A stretch of DNA of 63,892 nt, the filler included, from a bacterium (GTDB lineage Bacteria; JALSQH01): the NCBI GenBank assembly GCA_026985515.1. It is 6 parts of 6 records of this genome, joined end to end, with 100 filler letters (N's around TTAATTAATTAA, not from the genome) between each part and the next. Parts side by side here need not be neighbours in the genome. Positions count along the whole stretch, not along the records: positions 1 to 6,608 come from JALSQH010000249.1; positions 6,709 to 20,041 come from JALSQH010000250.1; 4 more parts are not named here. The stretch is one strand, 5' to 3'. Under the pieces are notes generated by a model. That model ran no database searches. It saw only the letters and a program-made list of their open reading frames with translations, and had not been told where the DNA came from. Position numbers and translations under genes: made by a program. How positions within the stretch are numbered: the stretch's first letter is position 1; every line of letters begins with the position of its first letter. Shown here piece by piece: positions 1-8,774 of this stretch.

Positions 1-1330
1 CAATCGATTCTGTTTCAGGAATAACTCCTTTTTTTGTCCTGACATTTCCCCTTAAATTTCCTCCATTTAAAAGAGAAAACCGGGAATTGTACCGATCTAT
101 GTTGATCTGATCTCCAAGTATCACAACAAGTCTCCCCCCTCTGGATACCCATTCTGAGAGTGAAGATACTTCCCTTGCAGAGAGATCAGGTATATTTGAA
201 AGAAAAATCACATCATAATCATCCGGACTGACTCTTTTGAATTCACTGTAAGTGATATTGTGAACAATGCTGCCGGGGGAGAAGTTTTCCATAAGTTTCA
301 AGGCGGTGTATAGATAATAGGTACCTCCTTCGGTGGGTATCGGTTCAGGATCTCCTTCAACTATAAGTACCCTCAAATTTCTTCCTTGAAAAAGGGTAAC
401 AAAATATCTATTATCCTCCTCAAAATTATCATCTGGTAGCTTCAGATAACCCTCAAAAACCTGAGAAGTATCACTCCAGTAGATACTCTTTTTTATTAAT
501 CCTGAATTGGAAAATTTAACCACGCTTCTTGTCAATGTTCTCTTACCCTTCCTCACCTCAACAACCTCTTTTTCACCAGATATTCCACACCCTCGAAATG
601 TAAAATCCCCTCTCATTACTCTTACCCCATGGAGAAAAACTGTATTAACACTTCCACTTACGATACCGGCATTCCTGATGGGTTCAGAAACTTTCTTAAA
701 AATAAGTTCCTGATAATCTGGAAGAGCTTCAGGAGAAAAGCGATTTCTCTGAAAATCAGATACAATAACAACCGGAATCTTCACACCAAAGCGGGAAGAA
801 ACAATTTCCACTGTTCTTGAAATGCAATTGTTGAGAACCTCTGTTTTCCAGACAGGTTTTCTGCTGGAAAGAAACTGAATAAGTTTAACTGGATTGTCAA
901 TTTTGAAAATATTACTCCCACAGAGGTAGAGAAGGGAACTTGAATCGGCCGGCAGTTTTCTCAATATCCCGATAGCTTCTTTAACTCCCCTCTCCCAGAA
1001 AGTTTCTCCTTTACCTGCCTTCATACTCACAGTGTCATCTACAATAATTGCCACAGAATCTGTTACACTCCCGGTATGGGCAGTCTGAACAGTTTTGTAG
1101 GGATGAAAAAAGAGGAAAAGGAGAAACAAAAAGATCAGAACCCTCAGAGTGACAACAATTATTTCCTTAATCAAAATACTCCTTTTAATTTTGCGGTAAA
1201 TTTTTCTGATCAAAAAGAGAGTGGAGTACTCCACCTCCTCAGGTTTCTTTCTGAGAAAGAAATGAACCAGAAGTGGAATAATAATGGCAGCAGCAATGAG
1301 AGAAAGCAGGGGTGTCCTCAGGTACTCCAT
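1..1330 (-). CDS. BatA N-terminal double-TM domain + VWA-like domain protein (partial, runs off left edge; absent from ORF track)
   Basis: Manual translation from ATG at 1330: MEYLRTPLLSLIAAAIIIPLLVHFFLRKKPEEVEYSTLFLIRK...VVTLRVLIF (BatA-type PLLxH...LR pattern), then AIIVDDTVSM (DxSxS-like). Overlaps the DUF58 stop; typical MoxR-DUF58-BatA order. Confidence 0.85.
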   Translation of the reverse strand, partial: MEYLRTPLLSLIAAAIIIPLLVHFFLRKKPEEVEYSTLFLIRKIYRKIKRSILIKEIIVVTLRVLIFLFLLFLFFHPYKTVQTAHTGSVTDSVAIIVDDTVSMKAGKGETFWERGVKEAIGILRKLPADSSSLLYLCGSNIFKIDNPVKLIQFLSSRKPVWKTEVLNNCISRTVEIVSSRFGVKIPVVIVSDFQRNRFSPEALPDYQELIFKKVSEPIRNAGIVSGSVNTVFLHGVRVMRGDFTFRGCGISGEKEVVEVRKGKRTLTRSVVKFSNSGLIKKSIYWSDTSQVFEGYLKLPDDNFEEDNRYFVTLFQGRNLRVLIVEGDPEPIPTEGGTYYLYTALKLMENFSPGSIVHNITYSEFKRVSPDDYDVIFLSNIPDLSAREVSSLSEWVSRGGRLVVILGDQINIDRYNSRFSLLNGGNLRGNVRTKKGVIPETESI

Positions 1331-2208
1331 TGTTCAGAAAGTATCCTCACTATTATACCGGCAGGATCTTCACCGGCTATATGAAGGAAGTAGAAAATTC
1401 CTCTACTTCTTACAAACTCTTTTACATGGGCAAGAAACTTTTCCACCTCTCTTTTAAATCTTCTTTTCATTGAAAAGGGAAAAATTTCCATCTCTTCAGA
1501 TGTTTCCATCGACTTTAAAACAACACGACCTGAATACTCCAGTGAAATTTCATAGGGATGAAGTACCTGAACAGCAACTGGAGTGATATCCAGCAATCTG
1601 AGTGAACCATATTTTACAAAAAATTCTTCTATGCCTTCCTCCAGGAAGTCACCAATAATAAATAATCTGCCCGGTGAAGAAAAGTAGCTCATAGGATCAA
1701 ATTCAAGTTTCGTAAAATTATCTGCCCCGTTACCTTTCCATTCCTCAACATTCTTCAGCCAGATAAAAAAATCTCCCTCACTCCTGATGGGAATTGTTCT
1801 TAAAATTTTTCCTTCCGAAACGGGTAGAAGGTAAATCCTGTTCTGATTTTTAAGATGAAAGTAAATGATGGAAAAGGCGATTATCAGAGCTTCCTGAAGC
1901 TTCGTCTTACCCATGAATTCAAAATTCATAGATCCACTCATATCGATCATTATGTAAATGTTCAGCCTTACCTCCCCTTCTCTCTCTTTAACATAAAATT
2001 TCTCCCTTTTCCCGTATAGTTTCCAGTCAATGGATCTTATATCATCACCGGGAGAGTACTCCTTATGCTCAAAGAATTCAACTGTACCTCCTCTTCTTCG
2101 TGCCTTGTAAATCCCTCCCTCACTCCCTCCTTTAACCCCAGTCTGCGAAACTCTCACGGGAGGGATCTTTCTTAAAATTTCCTGAACCTGCTCAGAAATT
2201 ATCCCCAT
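1318..2208 (-). CDS. DUF58 domain protein (MoxR-associated, VWA-like)
   Basis: EFFEHKEYSPGDDIRSIDWK signature and IDMSGSM MIDAS-like motif; directly downstream of MoxR. Confidence 0.92.
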   Translation of the reverse strand: MGIISEQVQEILRKIPPVRVSQTGVKGGSEGGIYKARRRGGTVEFFEHKEYSPGDDIRSIDWKLYGKREKFYVKEREGEVRLNIYIMIDMSGSMNFEFMGKTKLQEALIIAFSIIYFHLKNQNRIYLLPVSEGKILRTIPIRSEGDFFIWLKNVEEWKGNGADNFTKLEFDPMSYFSSPGRLFIIGDFLEEGIEEFFVKYGSLRLLDITPVAVQVLHPYEISLEYSGRVVLKSMETSEEMEIFPFSMKRRFKREVEKFLAHVKEFVRSRGIFYFLHIAGEDPAGIIVRILSEQWST

Positions 2209-2210
2209 TA

Positions 2211-3212
2211 TCAGGACTTCTTTCTCACACCACTATCAAAAATTTCCTCAATAATATCCGAGGTGGTGATACCTTCAGACATACCCTGAAAATTCAGAAT
2301 TATCCTGTGCTTGAGAGATGGCACTGCAATCTCCCTCACATCATCAATGGATGGGGTCACCCTGCCAGACATAAGGGCTATAACTTTGGAAGCAAGGGAG
2401 AGAGCCTGACCTCCCCGGGGACCTGCTCCATAGAGAACATACTTTTTAACCGATTCTACACTTGATGTTGCCGGCCTGGTTTCTCTCACAAAAGTGGTAA
2501 TAAAGTCAAGAATAACCTCGGGTAGAGGTAGATTGAGTATCAGTTTCTGATACTTCAAAATATCCCCGGGTGACAGAACCTTCTGCAGTTCAGGCATTTC
2601 CCTTGTTGTGGTTGTTCGGATGATTTCCTTTTCTTCACCATAGTCGGGATAATCAAGATCTATCTCCATCAAAAATCTATCAAGTTGAGCCTCGGGAAGG
2701 GGATAGGTTCCCTCCTGTTCAATGGGATTCTGCGTTGCAAATACATGGAACGGCTGGGGAACACTGTATGTTTTACCGTAAACTGTCACAATTTTTTCCT
2801 GCATTGCCTGAAGCAAAGCGGACTGGGTTTTTGGTGGAGATCTGTTTATCTCATCGGCGAGGAGAATATTTGTGAAGATGGGACCTTTCACAAACTTGAA
2901 CACTTTGCTCCCCGTAACTCTATCTTCCTCAATAATCTCTGTACCGGTTACATCAGAAGGAAGAAGATCAGGGGTAAACTGAATTCTGTTAAACTCAAGA
3001 TCAAGAACTCTGGCAAGGGTAGAAACAATCAGAGTTTTTCCAATTCCGGGTACTCCCACGAACAATCCATGGCCACCTGAAAATAGAGTGGCAAGGAGGA
3101 GCCTGATGGTCCTTTTCTGACCCACCACTACCTTTTCCATTTCAGCGATTGTTTTTTCAATCTTTTCCTGAAAACCGATTACCTCTTTCTCAAGCTCCGT
3201 AGTATCAATCAC
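2211..3212 (-). CDS. moxR: MoxR family AAA+ ATPase
   Basis: Walker A GVPGIGKT, RIQFTPDLLPSD, LLADEINR, ATQNPIEQEGTYPLPEAQLDRF. Confidence 0.95.
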   Translation of the reverse strand: MIDTTELEKEVIGFQEKIEKTIAEMEKVVVGQKRTIRLLLATLFSGGHGLFVGVPGIGKTLIVSTLARVLDLEFNRIQFTPDLLPSDVTGTEIIEEDRVTGSKVFKFVKGPIFTNILLADEINRSPPKTQSALLQAMQEKIVTVYGKTYSVPQPFHVFATQNPIEQEGTYPLPEAQLDRFLMEIDLDYPDYGEEKEIIRTTTTREMPELQKVLSPGDILKYQKLILNLPLPEVILDFITTFVRETRPATSSVESVKKYVLYGAGPRGGQALSLASKVIALMSGRVTPSIDDVREIAVPSLKHRIILNFQGMSEGITTSDIIEEIFDSGVRKKS

Positions 3213-3213
3213 T

Positions 3214-4731
3214 TCAACCTCCCAGAATTTTCATAATTTTCTTTTCCCTTTCAAGACCGGCCTGATCCCCTTTGAGGCTATATAGTTTTATTAAACCTCT
3301 GTGAATAAGAGGATCAAAGGGATTGAGGTCAAGACCCTCTTTAAATTCCCTCTCAGCACAATCAATTTTCTTCTTCTTCAGACATATCATCCCCAAAAGA
3401 GTGTGCATGCTCTCATAATCAGGCGAGTACTTCAGTGCAAATTTAAGTATTTTCTCCGCTTCATCAACCTTTCCCGCATGAAAAAGGGTAAAACTGTACT
3501 TGTAGTAAAGAAGGGGATCATACTTTTTACCCGCATCTATGGCCTTTTTAAACTCGTAGGCAGCTGAAACAAAGTGCAGTCGATCCTCAAGCATTTCTCC
3601 AAGTCTGAAATACTTTTCATCAATGTTTTTCCTTCTCAGCTCCACTCTCTCAGAGGGTTGATAATTGAGGAACACAAGGGGCTGACTTTTAATATAGGCC
3701 TTCCATTGTTGCAGAAAATCTTTCAACCCCCTGAACCCTATTTCTTTAACCATCTTGTCGCTATTGCCGTGATACTTCACCGAGGCCATTATCAGTTTTC
3801 TCAGGAGTGGATAACCTCCTTTGTTCACAATCATCCTCACCATACTCAAAACTTCTGCAAAGGCAAGAGTAACCCTCTCAGCAGAACCAAGTTTGGCAAA
3901 GGAGGGAATCATTTCCCTGAAGGTCACAAAATCATTCTTTTTTATTGCCCTTAAAAGGGCACTCTGAGCAAGAGGAGATAGTTCCCGGGGACCTTTCCTT
4001 CTCCATCTCTGCTCCTCTGCTTTGGCAACTCCCTCCTGTAGCCACAGGGGAGCATAATTGTGCGTCATCCTGGTCAAAAAGTAGTGTACCATCTCATGAT
4101 TGAGGGTATCGCGCCACCTGTAACCATACAGGGTTGCCTTTGGGGAAGTTATCATAATTTTGTTGTAGTTGCAGAGTGCAATTGTTCCGGAAGTTTCAAT
4201 ATCTTTTCTCGTAAGAGTGGAAACTCTCATGAAGTCTTCGTAAAAGGGATAAATCTCCACTCTTATTTTTCCTGGAGGGAAATACCCCAGATCATCTCCC
4301 ACAGCCTTCCATGCCTTTTCAAGAGTTTCTTCAGCCATATCAAGTAAAATCTCATCCTTGCCAGGTGCATAGTAGATAACAAAGTGAGAAGTCTCCCGTT
4401 TTTTGAAATCTTTTGTCTCCTCGTAAGTATTTTTAATAAGGTTGTAAAGATTTATTACTTCCTCACTGTCAAGTTTACGTACAGCGGTTTCAATTTCTCT
4501 AAGTGCCTCTCCATACTCCCCTTCATAAAAAAGTAGATGGGCCTTCAGGTAGTGATAAAAGGGATTATCAGGTGGAAAGTTTCTCAATTTTCTCTCTGCG
4601 TTATCCACATCCCATGCGTATATTAGATGTTCAATTTCCCTTGCCTTTCTGATGGTTAGAAAAATATTTCCCTGAGGTACCGAGAAAAAATCTGAAATAA
4701 AAAAAGATGTTAGGAGAAGGAATTTAAACAT
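3214..4731 (-). CDS. Secreted TPR-repeat protein with peptidase MA-like (gluzincin) domain
   Basis: Hydrophobic N-terminus; HEMVH (HExxH) followed by WLQEGVA third-ligand motif; TPR-like repeats at both ends. Confidence 0.85.
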   Translation of the reverse strand: MFKFLLLTSFFISDFFSVPQGNIFLTIRKAREIEHLIYAWDVDNAERKLRNFPPDNPFYHYLKAHLLFYEGEYGEALREIETAVRKLDSEEVINLYNLIKNTYEETKDFKKRETSHFVIYYAPGKDEILLDMAEETLEKAWKAVGDDLGYFPPGKIRVEIYPFYEDFMRVSTLTRKDIETSGTIALCNYNKIMITSPKATLYGYRWRDTLNHEMVHYFLTRMTHNYAPLWLQEGVAKAEEQRWRRKGPRELSPLAQSALLRAIKKNDFVTFREMIPSFAKLGSAERVTLAFAEVLSMVRMIVNKGGYPLLRKLIMASVKYHGNSDKMVKEIGFRGLKDFLQQWKAYIKSQPLVFLNYQPSERVELRRKNIDEKYFRLGEMLEDRLHFVSAAYEFKKAIDAGKKYDPLLYYKYSFTLFHAGKVDEAEKILKFALKYSPDYESMHTLLGMICLKKKKIDCAEREFKEGLDLNPFDPLIHRGLIKLYSLKGDQAGLEREKKIMKILGG

Positions 4732-4737
4732 TTTTTC

Positions 4738-5181
4738 TCAAATCAACGCAAGGATATTTGTTTTTTTCAATCTTTCCGCAAGAGAATCTATCATGGCTCT
4801 GTAAATTTTTATGGCTATATCTTTATCCCTTGAGAGAATCCTCTCAAGATCCTCTCGCGAGAGGACAAGCAATTCAGTGTTATCCCTTGCAGTTACAGTG
4901 GCTATCCTCTCACCTTCCTTAAAAAGAGCAATCTCACCAAAATGATCCCCCTTCCCAAGAATGGCTATCAATCTCTGCTTATGTGTGGAGGGGTCTTCAG
5001 CATAGACATTAACTGAACCACTTTTAACAATAAACATCTCTTTTCCTTTCTCACCACTTTTCACAATGGTTTCACCACTCTTAACCTTCCGATGCTTAAG
5101 AACCTTGCTGAACTGCAAAAGTTCCATTGTGGTAAGATCACGAAACATAAAAACATTTTTTAACAATTCAATATTTTCCAT
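4738..5181 (-). CDS. Stand-alone cyclic nucleotide-binding domain protein
   Basis: GDHFGEIAL...RIATVTA phosphate-binding cassette; no HTH; SD GGGAGG. Confidence 0.9.
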   Translation of the reverse strand: MENIELLKNVFMFRDLTTMELLQFSKVLKHRKVKSGETIVKSGEKGKEMFIVKSGSVNVYAEDPSTHKQRLIAILGKGDHFGEIALFKEGERIATVTARDNTELLVLSREDLERILSRDKDIAIKIYRAMIDSLAERLKKTNILALI

Positions 5182-5267
5182 TCTTCCTCCCTTTTACTTA
5201 ATTGTAATTGAAAAATGAATCTTTTCAAAGAATATGCCTATACCAGATTTATTCCTGATTTACGATG

Positions 5268-5276
5268 TGGTATAAT
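5268..5276 (+). promoter_or_regulatory. Extended -10 promoter (TGG-TATAAT) for a leaderless AAA-ATPase gene
   Basis: TGGTATAAT 6 nt upstream of ATG 5283; no SD. Confidence 0.6.
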
Positions 5277-5282
5277 TAAATC

Positions 5283-6608
5283 ATGAAAAAACTCCCCATC
5301 GGCATCTGGGATTTTGAAGAGATCCGCACCGGTAACTACGTTTATGTGGACAAAACGGAATTTGTTTACATACTTGTAACTGAGGGCAAGTATTACTTCC
5401 TCTCCCGCCCAAGGAGATTTGGTAAAACCCTTTTAGTTGATACTCTCCGCAGATTATTTGAGGGTAGAAAAGAGTTATTTGAGGGTCTTTACATCTATGA
5501 TAAGTGGGATTGGGAGAAGAGATTTCCAGTGGTTAAAATAGATTTCAGCAAAGGTGATGTTCAGAGTGTTGAGGCACTGAGAGAAGTTATAATTGAGAAT
5601 ATCCGGGATGTTAAAAAGAAATACGATGTTGATTTTCCAGATAGTGATCAGATGGGGTTGCTATTAAAGAGGCTTGTTGTTTCGCTTTTTGAGAAATACA
5701 ATTCACAGGTTGTAATTCTCATAGACGAATATGACAAGCCGATCCTTGATAATATCACTGAAAAGGAACTGGCAAGGAAATTGAGAAGGATTCTTGCAGA
5801 TTTTTATGGAGTGATCAAGGGGCTTGATGAGTATGTGAGGTTTGTATTTCTGACGGGGGTGAGTAAGTTCAGTAAGGTGAATCTCTTCAGTAAATTGAAT
5901 AACCTGAATGACATAACCATTGATAAAAGATATTCAACAATTTGTGGTTATACAGAACGTGAACTTGATATATACTTCTCCGAATTTCTTGCAGGTATTG
6001 ACATGGATGAAGTAAGACAGTGGTACAATGGATATTCATGGTTGGGAGAAAGTGTTTACAACCCATATGATATTTTACTGTTCATTGATAAGGGTTTCAC
6101 ATTCAAAAATTACTGGTTTGAGACGGGAACTCCCACATTTTTAATTGAGTTGTTAAAAGAGAAGAGATATCACATTCCCTCTCTTGAAAATGTGGAGGTA
6201 ACAGAAAATATTCTGGGAAGTTTTGATGTGGATTATATAAAGGTTGAGGCTCTGATGTGGCAGACGGGGTATCTGACCATAAAAGGTGCAAAGAGAGTGG
6301 GTATCAGGACCTACTATATTCTTGGTTATCCAAATTATGAGGTGAAGATGTCGTTAAATGATGTGATACTTGATTATTTGGGTGATATAGAGGAGAACAC
6401 CAAGAGCAGGCTTGGAGAGGAGTGTTACAATTCCCTTGCCTCTGGAGATGTGGAGAAATTTATTGAAGTGATAAAGAGACTACTTGCCTCACTGCCATAC
6501 ACCTCCTATACGAAGAATGAGATAGCGAAGTATGAGGGCTACTACATCAATATCATCTATTCCTTTCTCGCTTCCCTTGGACTTGAGATGGTTGCGGAGG
6601 ATGTTACA
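5283..6608 (+). CDS. AAA-ATPase-like protein with C-terminal PD-(D/E)XK nuclease (PDDEXK_9 type), truncated by gap
   Basis: MKKLPIGI..F..IR...YVYVDKT, SRPRRFGKT, LIDEYDKP, FLTGVSKFS, YWFETGTPTFL, YEGYY...AEDVT at the start of the nuclease domain. Confidence 0.9.
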
Positions 6609-6708
6609 NNNNNNNNNNNNNNNNNNNNNNNNNNNNNNNNNNNNNNNNNNNNTTAATTAATTAANNNNNNNNNNNNNNNNNNNNNNNNNNNNNNNNNNNN
6701 NNNNNNNN
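6609..6708. other. Artificial contig/scaffold spacer
   Basis: 44 N + TTAATTAATTAA (stops in all six frames) + 44 N; identical at five sites. Confidence 0.98.
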
Positions 6709-6971
6709 AATCTTATTACATCTTCGTCAAGTCTGTAGTTCCTTTCCAGTGCTTTCACAGTTTCTCCATCACCCTGAAATTTAATGAGTATGTAAGTACC
6801 ACGTCTGTTCTTCTTGATCTCATATGCAAGGGTTCTTTTCCCCCAGTTGTCTATGGTGATAATATCACCGTTGTTTGATTCAATTATGTTTTTGTACTTT
6901 TCGATTTTCTCAGGGACCTGAGGATCTTCTACTTTTTCAGAAAGAACAAAAATGGTTTCGTAAAGTCTCAT
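6709..6971 (-). CDS. rpsF: 30S ribosomal protein S6 (C-terminus lost in gap)
   Basis: MRLYETIFVL...NWGKRTLAYEIKK...GTY...RLDEDVIR; SD AGGAGGTG. Confidence 0.96.
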
Positions 6972-7025
6972 CTTCACCTCCTCTCGGTTTTACAGCCCTT
7001 CCTCTCCGGGAAGAGCAAGGAGTTT
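6972..7025 (-). promoter_or_regulatory. S6:S18-binding ribosomal protein leader RNA
   Basis: Minus strand reads ACTCCTTGCTCTTCCCGGAGAGGAAGGGCTGTAAAACCGAGAGGAGGTG. CTCCT pairs with the SD AGGAG, inner helix GCTCTTCC/GGAAGGGC, unpaired CCG before the SD: the known rpsF leader architecture. Confidence 0.8.
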
Positions 7026-7038
7026 CGCTGTGATTATC

Positions 7039-7066
7039 AGTATACATAAAAAAATTTTTTTGACAA
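7039..7066 (-). promoter_or_regulatory. sigma70 promoter of rpsF
   Basis: TTGTCA-16 nt-TATACT just upstream of the leader. Confidence 0.65.
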
Positions 7067-7075
7067 GGAATTGTC

Positions 7076-8614
7076 TTATTCATACAAACTCATTAATCCG
7101 AAAATTGTGCCGCTTACCAGATTACGTGACATTCCTATTTCTGTTCCGGCATAGGCGCTGTTGAATTCTGGATATGGTCCGAGTTCAAAGGAAAAAGCTT
7201 CTTTCCCCGTATCCCAATCAAGAGCTTCCCATACCCAGATGTTATTCTTCAATCCCACATCATAGAGAAGGTTTGATGCAGCACTCATGGCAGGAATTCC
7301 GTTTGGAAAGCTGACATCTCTGTTTGCCCACTGTGAATACAGTTCCTTTTTAACAGGGTCCCATACAAATTTTTCTGCCCCTCTCGGTGCGAATTTTGAA
7401 ATTCCAGAAAAAGCAATACCCAGAGTTTTGCTGGAAGTTTTAGCCCTAAGCTGATTGCTTACAACCACCACTCCATAACCTCTTACGACAAGTGATTGAT
7501 CTGTGGTAGATTCATCTGTTTCTGGATTTCCAAATGTCACTTTTACCTGGGCAGCTATTCTTTTGTCCTTAGTACCCGGGAGTTGTTTCCAGTTGTCAGG
7601 TATTTTATCCCTCCAGAAAAGGACTATATGCATTACTCTGTCACCATCTGTTATGACAACAAATTTATCCTGGTCTCCGGTGCCCATCAGAGTTGGGGTT
7701 GTTCCCGAGCCTTTGCCCAGCCTTATGCCTCCAAGGTAAGATGGACCCGTATCATAATTTGCAGTCCACCCTCCTTCATTTTCATCCAGGGTGAGGCTAT
7801 TTCCTGTCCACTGGACTCTGTACATTTTTTTGCTTGTAACCACATAAATACCGCCTTCCTCATCAACATCAACAGCAATGGAGTTGGAAATTTCTTCATC
7901 GGTTGAGAATCTGAAATAATAAAGGTGCCTGAAATCCCTCGATAGTGTGAAGAGCAATCCCCTGTCTGTTACTGCAACCAGCATTCCGTCATATGTGATA
8001 TTCAAGCCAACGATTTTTTCATCAGAAGAAATAAGGAGTGAGTCGGGTATCTTGAAGGTCCTTAGAAGCTTAATTTTTGAGTAGGGATCACCGGTAACTG
8101 AATCTGAATATGCATAGATTTTCTGAAGTTTTGGAACATAAAAGATGTTATCTTTATCAATCAGAGTGTAGGCACCTGAGATTCCAACATCAGGGTTAAA
8201 AACATCTGTAATGGATGCTCCATAGGGAAGTTTTACTCTGTCAATGTACTTTAAGCCATGCTTTGAGTGTGCAACTTTATAAACATACATCTGGTCTGCA
8301 CCCCAGATTACGCGTTCTCCATCGGAATATGGACCACTGAACGCAAGGGTAATTGCACCAGGTAAGCCTTCAAGGTGAAAGAATTTCCCCTTGCTGACAT
8401 CATATGGTCCCGCGTAGGGTGTTGAGTCCTGGCAATATGGATTTCGATGTGTCATTGGCCATGGTGAATCTGCGAGGAAGGGATTCACTGGTGGTTCATT
8501 TCCATCATCTAAATAGGCAGGGGGATAAAAGTAGACTTTTTCATCAACGCTGGAACAGCTTGAAGTGTAAAGTATAACAAGCAGAAGAAGCAGAAAAATT
8601 GCAATTCTTTTCAT
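7076..8614 (-). CDS. Conserved hypothetical exported/lipoprotein, probably beta-propeller-like
   Basis: MKRIAIFLLLLLVILYTSSC signal/lipobox-like; beta-rich; motifs NPFLADSPWPMTH and GSGTTPTLMG...VVITDG; SD GGAGG. Confidence 0.75.
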   Translation of the reverse strand: MKRIAIFLLLLLVILYTSSCSSVDEKVYFYPPAYLDDGNEPPVNPFLADSPWPMTHRNPYCQDSTPYAGPYDVSKGKFFHLEGLPGAITLAFSGPYSDGERVIWGADQMYVYKVAHSKHGLKYIDRVKLPYGASITDVFNPDVGISGAYTLIDKDNIFYVPKLQKIYAYSDSVTGDPYSKIKLLRTFKIPDSLLISSDEKIVGLNITYDGMLVAVTDRGLLFTLSRDFRHLYYFRFSTDEEISNSIAVDVDEEGGIYVVTSKKMYRVQWTGNSLTLDENEGGWTANYDTGPSYLGGIRLGKGSGTTPTLMGTGDQDKFVVITDGDRVMHIVLFWRDKIPDNWKQLPGTKDKRIAAQVKVTFGNPETDESTTDQSLVVRGYGVVVVSNQLRAKTSSKTLGIAFSGISKFAPRGAEKFVWDPVKKELYSQWANRDVSFPNGIPAMSAASNLLYDVGLKNNIWVWEALDWDTGKEAFSFELGPYPEFNSAYAGTEIGMSRNLVSGTIFGLMSLYE

Positions 8615-8638
8615 CTCCAATCCTCCTTCCTGCTACCT

Positions 8639-8668
8639 ATTTTAGATGATTTTCTGAACATTTGTCAA
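8639..8668 (-). promoter_or_regulatory. sigma70 promoter of the 7076-8614 gene
   Basis: TTGACA-18 nt-TAAAAT. Confidence 0.5.
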
Positions 8669-8738
8669 TCTAATCATTAGAATAGTTTCAAATAGTTACA
8701 TGATTGAAAAAATTTTTTGTGGAAGAATATTAGCACTC

Positions 8739-8767
8739 TTGACAATTTTTCCACTTTTAATTACGAT
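8739..8767 (+). promoter_or_regulatory. sigma70 promoter of the TonB-dependent receptor operon
   Basis: TTGACA-17 nt-TACGAT; GTG at 8775 lies 7 nt downstream. Confidence 0.6.
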
Positions 8768-8774
8768 AATATTT

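Noticed and set aside
507-1384. Short plus-strand ORFs (507-713, 629-820, 1076-1384) and the many similar antisense ORFs throughout the track
   Set aside because: Shadows of well-supported genes on the opposite strand or frame; no motifs or RBS.
8700-8774. N-terminal extension of receptor 1 from ATG 8700
   Set aside because: Overlaps a good sigma70 promoter; GTG 8775 gives a normal signal peptide.
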